A DNA stretch of 64,000 bases from Nemertoderma westbladi. Lineage: Eukaryota > Animalia > Xenacoelomorpha. Location: the NCBI GenBank assembly GCA_032718475.1, contig JAUCBJ010002615.1:1-64000 (forward strand), given 5' to 3'. Each line of letters begins with the position of its first letter. Positions within the stretch are counted from its first letter, which is position 1. The translations under genes and the position numbers were made by a program. The notes under the pieces are model-generated. The model did not search any database and was not told the DNA's origin. It saw only the letters and a program-made list of their open reading frames with translations. Positions 1 to 11,328 of the stretch are shown here, piece by piece.

Positions 1-214
1 CCCCCCCCTCCCCAATGTCACGTCACACTATATAAAATTAAATTATTACTCTTATATTATTAGAACAATAAATCTGGAATAAATTTGTCAACTATAAACT
101 ATAGATATAAACTAATATTACAAATTACAGTAATACGAGTTTTTCAGACATGCTCCCATGGGCACTGCAGGTGGTCTGTCATGCTTATAATGGCCATTGG
201 TGGGACATCAGCTA

Positions 215-445
215 CTGGGTATGTGTTCGCAGGGGATCGGCCTCCGCTTTGCAGGACATTGCTTTCGCCGTGAGGACCAGCCAGTGCATAATCTTGTACT
301 TTGGCAGCCTCATGGAGTGAATAAGCATGGTGGACAGCCCATGACTTTCTTGAGACGCATCTTAAAGGACACTGGCCTTGAAGATGCGGATGATCTAGCA
401 AATGTCATGGGTGATAGGGAGTTGTGGCGGCGCAATTTTGTCGAC
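215..445 (+). mobile_element. 3' fragment of an RTE-clade non-LTR retrotransposon ORF
   Basis: ORF 197..466 reads LRFAGHCFRREDQPVHNLVLWQP-HG..GQPMTF...DTG...MGDRELWR, matching the recalled C-terminal signature of RTE-clade proteins (RFAGH...W...GRP...DR..WR). No RT core present. Confidence 0.65.
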
Positions 446-559
446 AAGCCGGCACAGCATTCTTAAAAATGCAGCTGCAATGCAGCATGCCGATCCTAGT
501 AGTAGTCGCAGGGGATTGATAATCAAAACGGGTTTTGGAACTACCGCTACCATGAAGGG

Positions 560-906
560 ATGTAAGATTTTTAGTAAAAATTTCGATGCAAAAAGATGAC
601 ATTCTTTACAAACACGCTCTCTAATTTTACCAATTATGGAAGGGCAGTAGAGGTCGTAAGGTAAGATTTTAATGGTTATCATTGGAAGAGGTAATAGTTT
701 AATAGTAAACACGTTAATAGTATACACGTTTAATAGTATACAAGTATACACATTATGTATTTAATATATATACAGTAATTTTATCGGAAACTTATAATGT
801 GACGTCACGATATTGCGGACACCCCCCCTCCCCCTCGTCACAAATCGTCACGAAATACCAAACCCCCCCCCCCCTGTCCAGCGTGACGTCATTTATGGAT
901 GGCCCC
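560..906. mobile_element. Right end of a degraded DNA transposon (GGGGCCATCCATAAATGACGTCAC terminus; Sola2-like, tentative)
   Basis: 797-906 has repeated GTCAC/GTGAC motifs and poly-C tracts and ends ...GTGACGTCATTTATGGATGGCCCC. Bases 1-28 carry a similar CCCCCCCTCCCC..GTCAC block. Minus-strand peptide PYDLYCPS...RVCKECHLFAS (~580-665) looks like a Cys-rich transposase tail. Superfamily not firm. Confidence 0.45.
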
Positions 907-1380
907 TTATATGTTTCTGGGAATATTTTATGAATGGTAAGATGGTTCTTTCATATTATTATATCCAGGTTTTTATGTTTGGAGCTGTACATCATAGTTA
1001 ATCAGGGTCAACTACAGGGGGGACACAAAAAACCAATAAAATTGTCGAATGCTTATTCTTACTGATAGACGTAGCTTAGATACATTGGATAACAATAAAT
1101 AATATATTAGCTTCTGCAGAATTTTACGCTCTTTCAAATGGCATATAGATATCAACATATCTGGTTCGTTAACATTATAAAATTTAAATGCTTTTAACTT
1201 ATGTATTGAGTGTCTAAACTGAAAAATCTATGTTTTTTCGAATTCGCGCAGATATTCTGAAAAATTAAACAGCATCGTGTAAGGGGACTTAGATACTGAT
1301 AACTCGAAATAATTATTCGAAGTAATTTTCCAGCATTTACCTAAAAAAGGTTACATAATATTTACAATTTACGTTTACAG

Positions 1381-1475
1381 AAGAAGAAAGAATGAGAAAA
1401 AATATAGAAAGCCTACAAGCGATAGAGAAATCCAAGGACATTTTAGACAGTGAGCATATTAAAGCTGCCCGTAAT
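1381..1475 (+). CDS. DCTN3: Dynactin subunit 3 (p22/p24)-like, penultimate coding exon
   Basis: Acceptor tttacag|1381 and donor 1475|gtaagt. Encodes EERMRKNIESLQAIEKSKDILDSEHIKAARN; compare recalled human DCTN3 EEQFIL...MLDSAHIKA. Phase-0 join to the exon at 5746. Upstream exons were not found in this window. Confidence 0.8.
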
Positions 1476-1777
1476 GTAAGTTACCTTCACTACGTATCCC
1501 AATATATATAATCTTCAGTATTAATAATGTTTTACTACGATTATACAAAATATATGTCTATAACAGATAATAAAATGTCTTCAAAAAAATCATGAGCTGT
1601 TCCTATCAATACATTTATCTGACTTGATTATATTATAGATACCGGTACCGTATGTCCCCCTAAAATTCCACTATTTCAGTCAGGAGGAATTGCACTGAAT
1701 GACGTACGGAACACCAAGGGTTGTCGTGTGTGGAAGGATGCATCATTCTATTCGTCAGTCACCCCTGTCGTATTAAT

Positions 1778-4700
1778 TCAGATGTTACCATCAGCCGCCT
1801 CACACGTTACTATTTCAGCTGTACCTATCAGCCGCCTCACACGTTACTATTTTAGTTGTACCTATCAGCCGCCTCACCGTTACTATTTCTGCTGTACCTA
1901 TCAGCCGCCTCACACGTTACTATTTCTAGCTGTACCTATCAGCCGCCTCACACGTTACTATTTTAGCTGTACCTCACAGCCGCCTCACGTTACTATTTTA
2001 GTTGTACCTATCAGCCGCCTCACACGTTACTATTTTAGTTGTACCTATCAGCCGACTCACACGTTACTATTTTTGCTGTACCTATCAGCCGCCTCACACG
2101 TTACTATTTTAGCTGTACCTATCAGCCGCCTCACACGTTACTATTTCTGCTGTACCTATCAGCCGCCTCACACGTTACTATTTTAGCTGTACCTATCAGC
2201 CGCCTCACACGTTACTATTTTAGTTGTACCTATCAGCCGCCTCACACGTTACTATTTCTAGCTGTACCTATCAGCCGCCTCACACGTTACTATTTTAGCT
2301 GTACCTATCAGCCGCCTCACACGTTACTATTTCTGCTGTACCTATCAGCCGCCTCACACGTTACTATTTTAGCTGTACCTATCAGCCGCCTCACACGTTA
2401 CTATTTTAGCTGTACCTATCAGCCGCCTCACACGTTACTATTTCTGCTGTACCTATCAGCCGCCTCACACGTTACTATTTTAGCTGTACCTCACAGCCGC
2501 CTCACACGTTACTATTTTAGTTGTACCTATCAGCCGACTCACACGTTACTATTTTAGCTGTATCTCAGCCGCCTCACGTTACTATTTTAGTTGTACCTAT
2601 CAGCCGCCTCACACGTTACTATTTTAGTTGTACCTATCAGCCGCCTCACTCGTTACTATTTTAGCTGTACTTCTCAGCCGCCTCACGTTACTATTTTAGT
2701 TGTACCTATCAGCCGCCTCACACGTTACTATTTCTGCTGCACCTATCAGCCGCCTCACACGTTACTATTTCTGATGTACCTATCAGCCGCCTCACACGTT
2801 ACTATTTCTGATGTACCTATCAGCCGCCTCACACGTTACTATTTTAGCTGTACCTCTCAGCCGCCTCACACGTTACTATTTTAGCTGTACCTATCAGCCG
2901 CCTCACACGTTACTATTTCAGCTGTACCTATCAGCCGCCTCACTCGTTACTATTTTAGTTCTACCTATCAGCCGCCTCACGCGTTACTATTTTAGTTGTA
3001 CCTATCAGCCGCCTCACACGTTACTATTTCAGCTGTACCTATCAGCCGCCTCACTCGTTACTATTTTAGCTGTACCTCTCAGCCGCCTCACGTTACTATT
3101 TTAGTTGTACCTATCAGCCGCCTCACACGTTACTATTTTAGTTGTACCTATCAGCCGCCTCACTCGTTACTATTTTAGCTGTACTTCTCAGCCGCCTCAC
3201 ACGTTACTATTTCTAGCTGCACCTATCAGCCGCCTCACACGTTACTATTTCTGCTGCACCTATCAGCCGCCTCACACGTTACTATTTCTGATGTACCTAT
3301 CAGCCGCCTCACACGTTACTATTTCTGCTGTACCTATCAGCCGCCTCACACGTTACTATTTCTGCTGTACCTATCAGCCGCCTCACACGTTACTATTTCT
3401 GCTGTACCTATCAGCCGACTCACACGTTACTATTTTAGCTGTACCTATCAGCCGCCTCACACGTTACTATTTTAGCTGTACCTATCAGCCGCCTCACACG
3501 TTACTATTTCTAGCTGTACCTATCAGCCGCCTCACACGTTACTATTTTAGCTGTACCTATCAGCCGCCTCACACGTTACTATTTTAGTTGTACCTATCAG
3601 CCGCCTCACACGTTACTATTTCTGCTGTACCTATCAGCCGCCTCACACGTTACTATTTTAGCTGTACCTCATCAGCCGCCTCACACGTTACTATTTTAGT
3701 TGTACCTATCAGCCGCCTCACACGTTACTATTTTAGCTGTACCTATCAGCCGCCTCACACGTTACTATTTTAGTTGTACCTATCAGCCGCCTCACACGTT
3801 ACTATTTCTGCTGTACCTATCAGCCGCCTCACACGTTACTATTTCTGCTGTACCTATCAGCCGCCTCACACGTTACTATTTTAGCTGTACCTCTCAGCCG
3901 CCTCACACGTTACTATTTTAGTTGTACCTATCAGCCGCCTCACACGTTACTATTTTAGCTGTACCTATCAGCCGCCTCACACGTTACTATTTCTGCTGTA
4001 CCTATCAGCCGCCTCACACGTTACTATTTTAGCTGTACCTATCAGCCGCCTCACACGTTACTATTTCTGCTGTACCTATCAGCCGCCTCACACGTTACTA
4101 TTTTAGCTGTACCTATCAGCCGCCTCACACGTTACTATTTTAGCTGTACCTATCAGCCGCCTCACACGTTACTATTTTAGTTGTACCTATCAGCCGCCTC
4201 ACACGTTACTATTTTAGTTGTACCTATCAGCCGCCTCACACGTTACTATTTCTGCTGTACCTATCAGCCGCCTCACACGTTACTATTTTAGCTGTACCTC
4301 TCAGCCGCCTCACGTTACTATTTTAGTTGTACCTATCAGCCGCCTCACACGTTACTATTTCTGCTGTACCTATCAGCCGCCTCACACGTTACTATTTCTG
4401 CTGTACCTATCAGCCGCCTCACACGTTACTATTTTAGCTGTACCTATCAGCCGCCTCACACGTTACTATTTCTGCTGTACCTATCAGCCGCCTCACACGT
4501 TACTATTTCTGCTGTACCTATCAGCCGACTCACACGTTACTATTTTAGCTGTACCTATCAGCCGCCTCACACGTTACTATTTTAGCTGTACCTATCAGCC
4601 GCCTCACACGTTACTATTTCTGCTGTACCTATCAGCCGCCTCACACGTTACTATTTTAGCTGTACCTATCAGCCGCCTCACACGTTACTATTTCTGCTGT

Positions 4701-5665
4701 ACCTATCAGCCGCCTCACACGTTACTATTTTAGTTGTACCTATCAGCCGCCTCACACGTTACTATTTTAGCTGTACCTATCAGCCGCCTCACACGTTACT
4801 ATTTCTGCTGTACCTATCAGCCGACTCACACGTTACTATTTTAGCTGTACCTATCAGCCGCCTCACACGTTACTATTTTAGCTGTACCTATCAGCCGCCT
4901 CACACGTTACTATTTCAGCTGTACCTATCAGCCGCCTCACACGTTACTATTTTAGCTGTACCTCTCAGCCGCCTCACACGTTACTATTTTAGTTGTACCT
5001 ATCAGCCGACTCACACGTTACTATTTTAGCTGTACCTATCAGCCGCCTCACACGTTACTATTTTAGTTGTACCTATCAGCCGCCTCACACGTTACTATTT
5101 TAGTTGTACCTATCAGCCGCCTCACACGTTACTATTTTAGCTGTACCTATCAGCCGCCTCACACGTTACTATTTCAGCTGTACCTATCAGCCGCCTCACT
5201 CGTTACTATTTTAGTTGTACCTATCAGCCGCCTCACACGTTACTATTTTAGTTGTACCTATCAGCCGACTCACACGTTACTATTTTAGCTGTACCTATCA
5301 GCCGCCTCACACGTTACTATTTTAGCTGTACCTATCAGCCGCCTCACATGTTACTATTTTAGCTGTACCTATCAGCCGCCTCACACGTTACTATTTCTGC
5401 TGTACCTATCAGCCGTCTCACACGTTACTATTTTAGCTGTTACCATCAGCCGCCTCACCGTTACTAGTTAAGTTCAGCTGTTACATCAGCCGCACCATTA
5501 CGTACTTTTTCAGCTGTTACCATCAGCCGCACCAGATGTACTATTTCAGCTGTTACAATCAATCGCCCATCGCATACTATTTCAGCTGTTATCAGCTGTT
5601 ACCATCAGCCACGTCTCACGTACTGTTTCAGCTGTTACCATCAACCGCCTCACATGTACTAATTC
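1778..5665. repeat. 37-bp tandem satellite (~105 copies), consensus AGCTGTACCTATCAGCCGCCTCACACGTTACTATTTT, inside the last DCTN3 intron
   Basis: Direct reading. Near-perfect units with recurring variants (ttctgctg/tttagttg, ccgac, occasional 35- and 38-bp units) and degenerate units at both edges. Confidence 0.97.
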
Positions 5666-5745
5666 AACTAGGATCTAGGTAGATAGGTATTGGGTGTTTT
5701 GGAACTACAGTAGAAATAGTACCGTATAAAAATTGTTTGTTTTAG

Positions 5746-5952
5746 GATTTACCAAAACTCCAACCATTGGGGATCGCTGTTGCCGAGCAACTTGACTCAT
5801 CCAATGAGCTGACAGTAAAAGTCCGAAATATGGTACAAGAGTATAACACCACCATACGGTTAATTTCGGAACAATTTATTGTCTGGGACGATTTGCTAAG
5901 TAAACACGAGGCAATACGCGAATTGCAACGAACAGAAGACACATGCCGCTAG
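5746..5952 (+). CDS. DCTN3: Dynactin subunit 3-like, last coding exon
   Basis: Acceptor ttgtttgttttag|5746. DLPKLQPLGIAVAEQ...VQEYNTTIRLISEQFIVWDDLL aligns with recalled human RLQRL...[22 protein letters not shown]. Stop TAG at 5950-5952. Confidence 0.85.
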   Translation, partial: DLPKLQPLGIAVAEQLDSSNELTVKVRNMVQEYNTTIRLISEQFIVWDDLLSKHEAIRELQRTEDTCR

Positions 5953-6007
5953 GTGGTGTTGTCATACGCTTCTTATGGAACTTTTACAGTAATATAATAT
6001 AGCGTTT

Positions 6008-6013
6008 AATAAA
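6008..6013 (+). promoter_or_regulatory. Candidate polyadenylation signal of DCTN3
   Basis: AATAAA 55 nt after the stop codon. Confidence 0.5.
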
Positions 6014-6496
6014 TTCGTCACAGCGTCTGTGGCCCGTTAGAGGGCAAGTTATAAACTTATTTCCCATGTTGAAACATTATTTTACTATCTAACAAGATAA
6101 TGTGATTTAAATCATACAACCCTGGCATATAAACAGAAACAGTTTTTCATGTTTCATTGTATCGGTAGCTCTCGACTTACTTAGTATGTGAGTACATCAC
6201 TTTCATCATAAAAAGTTCAGTAAATACAATGTTTCAAATTAAATTTGATTCAAACCAAAGAAACCGCATATATTTTCCCCAAATCTTTATTTATTAACCT
6301 GCAACTAATATCGGTATAATATTAATATCGGTGATCGGACACTCTGGTGCTATTGTTTTTCTTTGTTTTGTTATAATTGTCGGTATTATAGTTTATTATT
6401 TTATTTATTAATGCCGTGTTCTGGATTTAATATTACACTGACTTAATTTATTACCTTTATTTCAAATCTGTCTGCCTAAAATGTGACGTTTTTCTG

Positions 6497-6570
6497 AGCC
6501 GCTAGCGGAATGGTTAGATTGTCAGACTTCCAACCCGGGGGTTACCAGTTCGATCCCAACTAGAAAATCA
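6497..6570 (+). repeat. Degenerate tRNA-derived (SINE-head-like) sequence
   Basis: A-box-like TAGCGGAATGG (6503-6513) and B-box GTTCGATCC (6548-6556) at tRNA spacing, followed by T/A runs. No pairing acceptor stem. Confidence 0.45.
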
Positions 6571-7014
6571 TGATTCTTTTTAAAAAAAAATAAAAAAAAA
6601 TCAAATTTTTTTTTTTATTTAAATCAGATTTTTTTGTAAAACAAATAAACAAATAATAATCAATTCACCTTTTGTACCTTTTATAATGGGTTTGGTTCTA
6701 AATGAGAGTCTGGTTCTGAACGCTTGAGGCTACAACTGGTAGATGCACGCCCTGGTCCATGAATTGTCACTGGTACTGCTATACGATCTCCACCTTCTTC
6801 AATCACATTCACTTAACAAATACTTATATGTTGCTTTAATGGTATCACTATCTGACTACGCCTTACTTCTGACTACGCATTCCTTACCAGCCTGCTTTCC
6901 CATTGGGGTAGGCGACTCTGAAATTTTTTTTCGAGTTTTCGTTGGTTTCATGTGAGAGAATGTGAAAAAACCCCCGAGAGCAACTTTACTTTAAAAAAAA
7001 CAACATAATATATA

Positions 7015-7421
7015 CACCATGACCCGTAATATAGTGTCATTTTCTGATGACACGGACCCCCCCCCCCCCCCCCCCCCCCAAATTGTTCTACAAATCTTTA
7101 TCATATTGCTTGAAATTTGAAGCACAGCTAGTTCCACTCACCGTGGTTGTTACCATGAAGCCGAAATTTTCGATTTCGCCTTTAAATTTTATTCATAAGC
7201 GTTTTAAAAGTGTCTTTTGCGAAATCGCACCCTCTGTATCATTGCCATTCTTCACTTTAGTCGTAATAGGTTGACTCACATCAATAGAAAGCTTGCGTTG
7301 CAAGGATTCCAAATATTCGTTTTTCGTTGAGAAACAGCTGAGATATAGGCGTTCAAAGATTGCAAGAATTATCGTTCGCTGCTGGCCATTTATTCTAGAT
7401 TTAATAAATACACAATATTCT
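7015..7421 (+). mobile_element. Left arm of a ~410-bp inverted repeat (DNA transposon end beginning CACCATGACCCG)
   Basis: Reverse complement of 10905-11316, including the poly-C/poly-G tract. A CAC terminus is typical of CMC-group elements. Confidence 0.8.
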
Positions 7422-7558
7422 GTAACAATTTGTTTATGTATGATTAGCTATGCAATATAGATATTGTATAGGCATTCCGCTGTTATTATATTATTATGCA
7501 CGCACGTTTAATTGCGAGTACGTTTGTATATTATGAATGAGCATTTATTTGTTGCTAT

Positions 7559-10500
7559 TTATATAGACACTGGGTATAGACGAAGTTTGTTTTGAAACTC
7601 CATAATATTTTTAATGAATTTGCGACCGGTTGCTAAGTCTTTTGTATCGTTATCACCATGGCGTCCTGTTGCCAATGTGATCCCCTTCTCCGGTAGACTT
7701 TCCTCAAGATTATCCATGAAGTTGGGATCGTTTGTCATGTTACCTACAACCTGGAAGGATAACTTCTTACCCGCAGCAGATTCTGGTAACGCTTTGAAAA
7801 ACCAACTCTTGAATTCTTCAACTGACAATTTCGTCAAATGTGAAATTTCATGCACGCGTCTGTTGAACAGATACGTGCGATTTAGAATTTCTTGCCAATT
7901 TCGTGATACTTCCTCTCCTAGGCTATTTTCCTCTGCCACTTTACTGCTAATTAACCCTTCAACCAGCTCACCAAACATATGTTTGCTCATTAGTCGAATC
8001 TTTCTTTTCATAGTAGTTAGGCATTCCTCGATCTTGTTATCAACAAGATTAGGACTGTGCCTATCTATTTGGTAGATGACTTGGATGTGAAATCCGATTG
8101 TGCCGAATATCGGCCGCATCTCACAACGGATGTCGTAACCGAGTTGTTCCTTTGTGCGCAGAATCTCAGACACCGGTTCGACTAGAAAGTCTCTCAAAAT
8201 TTCCATCATTAGCAACGTGTCGATGGTGGAAGAACCGAACTGGTAGTAGTTAGAGGTAACTGAATTGACATCCCCCGCCATGGGGTTGCGAACTCGAAGA
8301 ACGTGTTGTCCCCTGGGAATCTCATAAACTCTAAGATGAGGAATCGCCCATTTATCAAGAACCCCGAGTTGTAGTTGACTGATCACAACATCAACATATT
8401 CCAAGGCATCTTCCTTCGTTAAATTCCCTTGTATTAGTCCATTAATGTGCAAATTATGTAGCAATCTATTTAGGTAGGTTCTAAGATCACTCAAATGAAT
8501 AGATTCAAGAATTTGATATTGATCTCTAGTGTTCCAGTAACTTTGGGGTAACACTCGCAATCTCATTTCCTTGCAAAGTATTTGTGGGTTTCGCATTGCA
8601 TTTTGACATTCCCTCGCAAACATTTTCTTTGCTACATCAAATACTTCTTGACAACATTCAAACTCAGCTATGAAACGAATAACCGTTTTCATAAGAAGAA
8701 GCAATTTGTCGTTGTAACCGTGTAGAGAAAGTACTAATCCCAAATGACCAGTGTACACTCTGTAATTCATATCAGCAGACCTAGCGTTATACAGAATTGG
8801 GGCTAACCGTTGCATAATAATCATTGCTAAAAGTTGCCCAGTGACAAATTCAAATGGTGCCCTGTAATTGAAATTAGTCATAAGGTGGGATTTCACATAT
8901 GCCTTGGGTACTCTGAATTTTAAATCCGGTTGAAACCAAACTTGGCATCCGACATTGTCGCAAATTAATGTGGGTTTCTTTCCATATTTGATGAGTTCAT
9001 CAGCGTCATACGAATTACAAGCATTGTCATCCCATTTTATAGCAAAGTCATGTGGTATGTATTTGTTTTGTGGCGGAAGATGCAAGTACTCAAGTTGTTG
9101 GTCGGTTTCCCAAGTATTATTTTGGTCTTCAGGGATGTCTTCTACCCCGTATTGTGTGCCGAACCATGGCTCAACTAAGTTAACTAATTTATTTGTCAAG
9201 GAATGTTTTGAGATAAGTCGATAATTTGCTATATGTCGATCTGTATCAACAACCTCTGAACATGATGTGAGAACCAAGTAGTCCCCTATTAAATAGTCCT
9301 CTGGGTTGTAATTTTGCATAGCGCACGCAATTTTATCTACATTGATCTCAGGATCTGTTTCGCTTCTGAAAACAAATTCCAACTGAGATATATTGGCAAT
9401 ATCACTCCAGAGTCAATCATAAGGTTGACATCTTTTTAGCATATTTATATACTGATGAACAATGTTGATAACAGCCATAACATTCTTAAGACCATCATGA
9501 GTTAGAAATATGTCAACATGAAAAAGACTTTGGAATGAGTTATCCTCAAACCCGCTGTCTGTTTGACCTGCTACGATTTCGACAGCCCATAGTCGTTTCT
9601 TTAAGTAATTTATTATAGACCCTTCGCCTTCATGACCTAATAAACTGGATAAAAATACGAGAGGTTTCTCTTTATAAAACTGGAATGTTGAATCTATAGA
9701 CCAGGTCACACATATTTTATTGTGATCGAAGATAGGTCTAATGTGCAATATTTTGTTGAAGCTTTCACGAATAAAAGGATCTTTTTTAAGAAAAACTCGC
9801 TCTTTATTTTCGTCTTTGGTCTCCAAGTTTGCGTGAAATTTAGAAAATGATTTAGTCACCCATTTCTCCACTGTTTCCAATGGGTGAAGAGACTGTACAC
9901 ATATTGTTATCAATCGTTTCTTATAAATGTCTTCATAAAACTTTACAATTCTGTCTCTTACATTGATGCCTTCCCGCTCAGGGATTGTGGACAATGTTTC
10001 TACATTCCCCCAAAAGAAACGCGACATTGGATGAGATGGTTTAACCGTTGTTTGAAGAACCTGTTCTTGACGATGGCAGTCGGTTGTGCTCTTCATTTGA
10101 AACTCGCTATCGAGCGCTTTTAGTTCTTTCTTCATCGAATCTTTATCAAACAATGGTGATATAAAATAACTCGTAAACCGTTCCAAAGCTTCTTTGAGAA
10201 ACTCTTGCTGTATGGAAAAATGAAACACTGCTAGTTCGTGGTCTGTATGGGCATTTCCCGATTCTCCGTGCTCATCGATAAAGGTTTTCCAGCTGTTCTC
10301 CTTCGGATACTTCTTACTGCCCATTAACAACATATGGTCGAGGAAGTGAGCCAATCCCGGCAATCCATCCAGATCGTCGAAGCTACCAGCGCCCACACAC
10401 AATGCAAAGGCCGCCTTATTTTCCTCTGACGTCAGAATGCTGCTGTTCCTAATGTATTTGTCGCTCAGTAAACATGACGTTCCACTACTACTACTACTAC

Positions 10501-10762
10501 TAGACCCACTGACGTCATTCACTATTTCAACGTCATCTTCTACAGAAGACAACCCATGCTTTTCATTGTTTGTTTTGAACAGGGATTCCAGACTTGGTCT
10601 TTCAATCGGCTTTCCGAATTTGACTACATCCTGAATGAGAAGTACTTTGATACCACTGCCTTCGAGGGTAAATGGTTTGTAATGTTTATTATCCGCTGGG
10701 CCTTTAATAACAGGTTCTGAGTGATTGAGTGGGATGTCAGCAAGGAGATTTTTGGAAGGCAT
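7559..10762 (-). pseudogene. NRDC: Intronless nardilysin/insulysin-like M16A metallopeptidase (1067 codons) with a single in-frame TGA; recent pseudogene or recoded gene
   Basis: ORFs 9413..10762 and 7559..9382 share one frame and read ...PYD*LWSDIANISQLEFVFRSE.... Motifs: VGAGSFDD..LPGLAHFLDHMLLMGSKKYPKEN, ALDSEF, LLGHEGEGS, LRTKEQLGY. The N-terminal low-complexity insert lies where nardilysin has its acidic domain. AATAAA at 7544-7549. Confidence 0.85.
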
Positions 10763-10904
10763 CAGCTAATTCTCTTGAACAACATTAATATACAACAATA
10801 CAAAAATCATAAAATATATAATTAATTAATTAATAATTATGTACGTACCTTATGTAGCTACAGTTGCTGTTGCATACCAACTCTTAAAATAAATAACACG
10901 TTCT

Positions 10905-11316
10905 AGAATATTGTGTATTTATTAAATATAATAAATGGCCTGCAGCGAACAATAATTCTTGCAATCTTTAAACGCCTATTTCTCAGCTGTTTCTCAGTGA
11001 AATTCAGATATTGCTACATATTTGGAATCCTTGCAACGCAAGCTTTCTATTGATGTGAAAAAAATTACGACTAAAGTGAAGAATGGCAATGATACAGAGG
11101 GTGCGATTTCGCAAAAGACACTTTTTAAAACGCTTATAAATAAAATTTAAAGGCGAAATCGAAAATTCCGGCTTCATGGTAACAACCACGGTGAGTTGAA
11201 CTAGTTGTGTTTCAAATTTCAAGCAATTTGATAAAGATTTGTAGAAAAATTAGGGGGGGGGGGGGGGGGGGGGGTCCGTGTCATCAGAAAATGACACTAT
11301 ATTACGGGTCATGGTG
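10905..11316 (-). mobile_element. Right arm of the ~410-bp inverted repeat (ends ...CGGGTCATGGTG)
   Basis: Inverted copy of 7015-7421 with scattered substitutions and small indels. Confidence 0.8.
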
Positions 11317-11328
11317 GGTCATGTGTCA

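Noticed and set aside
1728-5288. Plus-strand ORFs repeating VPISRLTRYYFSCTYQPPHTLLF
   Set aside because: Translation artefact of the 37-bp satellite, which lies inside an intron.
5665-5680. Helitron 3' end (CTAG) after the 37-bp array
   Set aside because: CTAG occurs twice, but no convincing subterminal hairpin or 5' TC boundary could be identified.
9413-9415. Selenocysteine or a genome-wide UGA=Trp code
   Set aside because: No recognisable SECIS; the position aligns with Trp, not Cys; other Trp codons read nearby (e.g. two codons downstream) are TGG; the retroelement pol ends in TGA.
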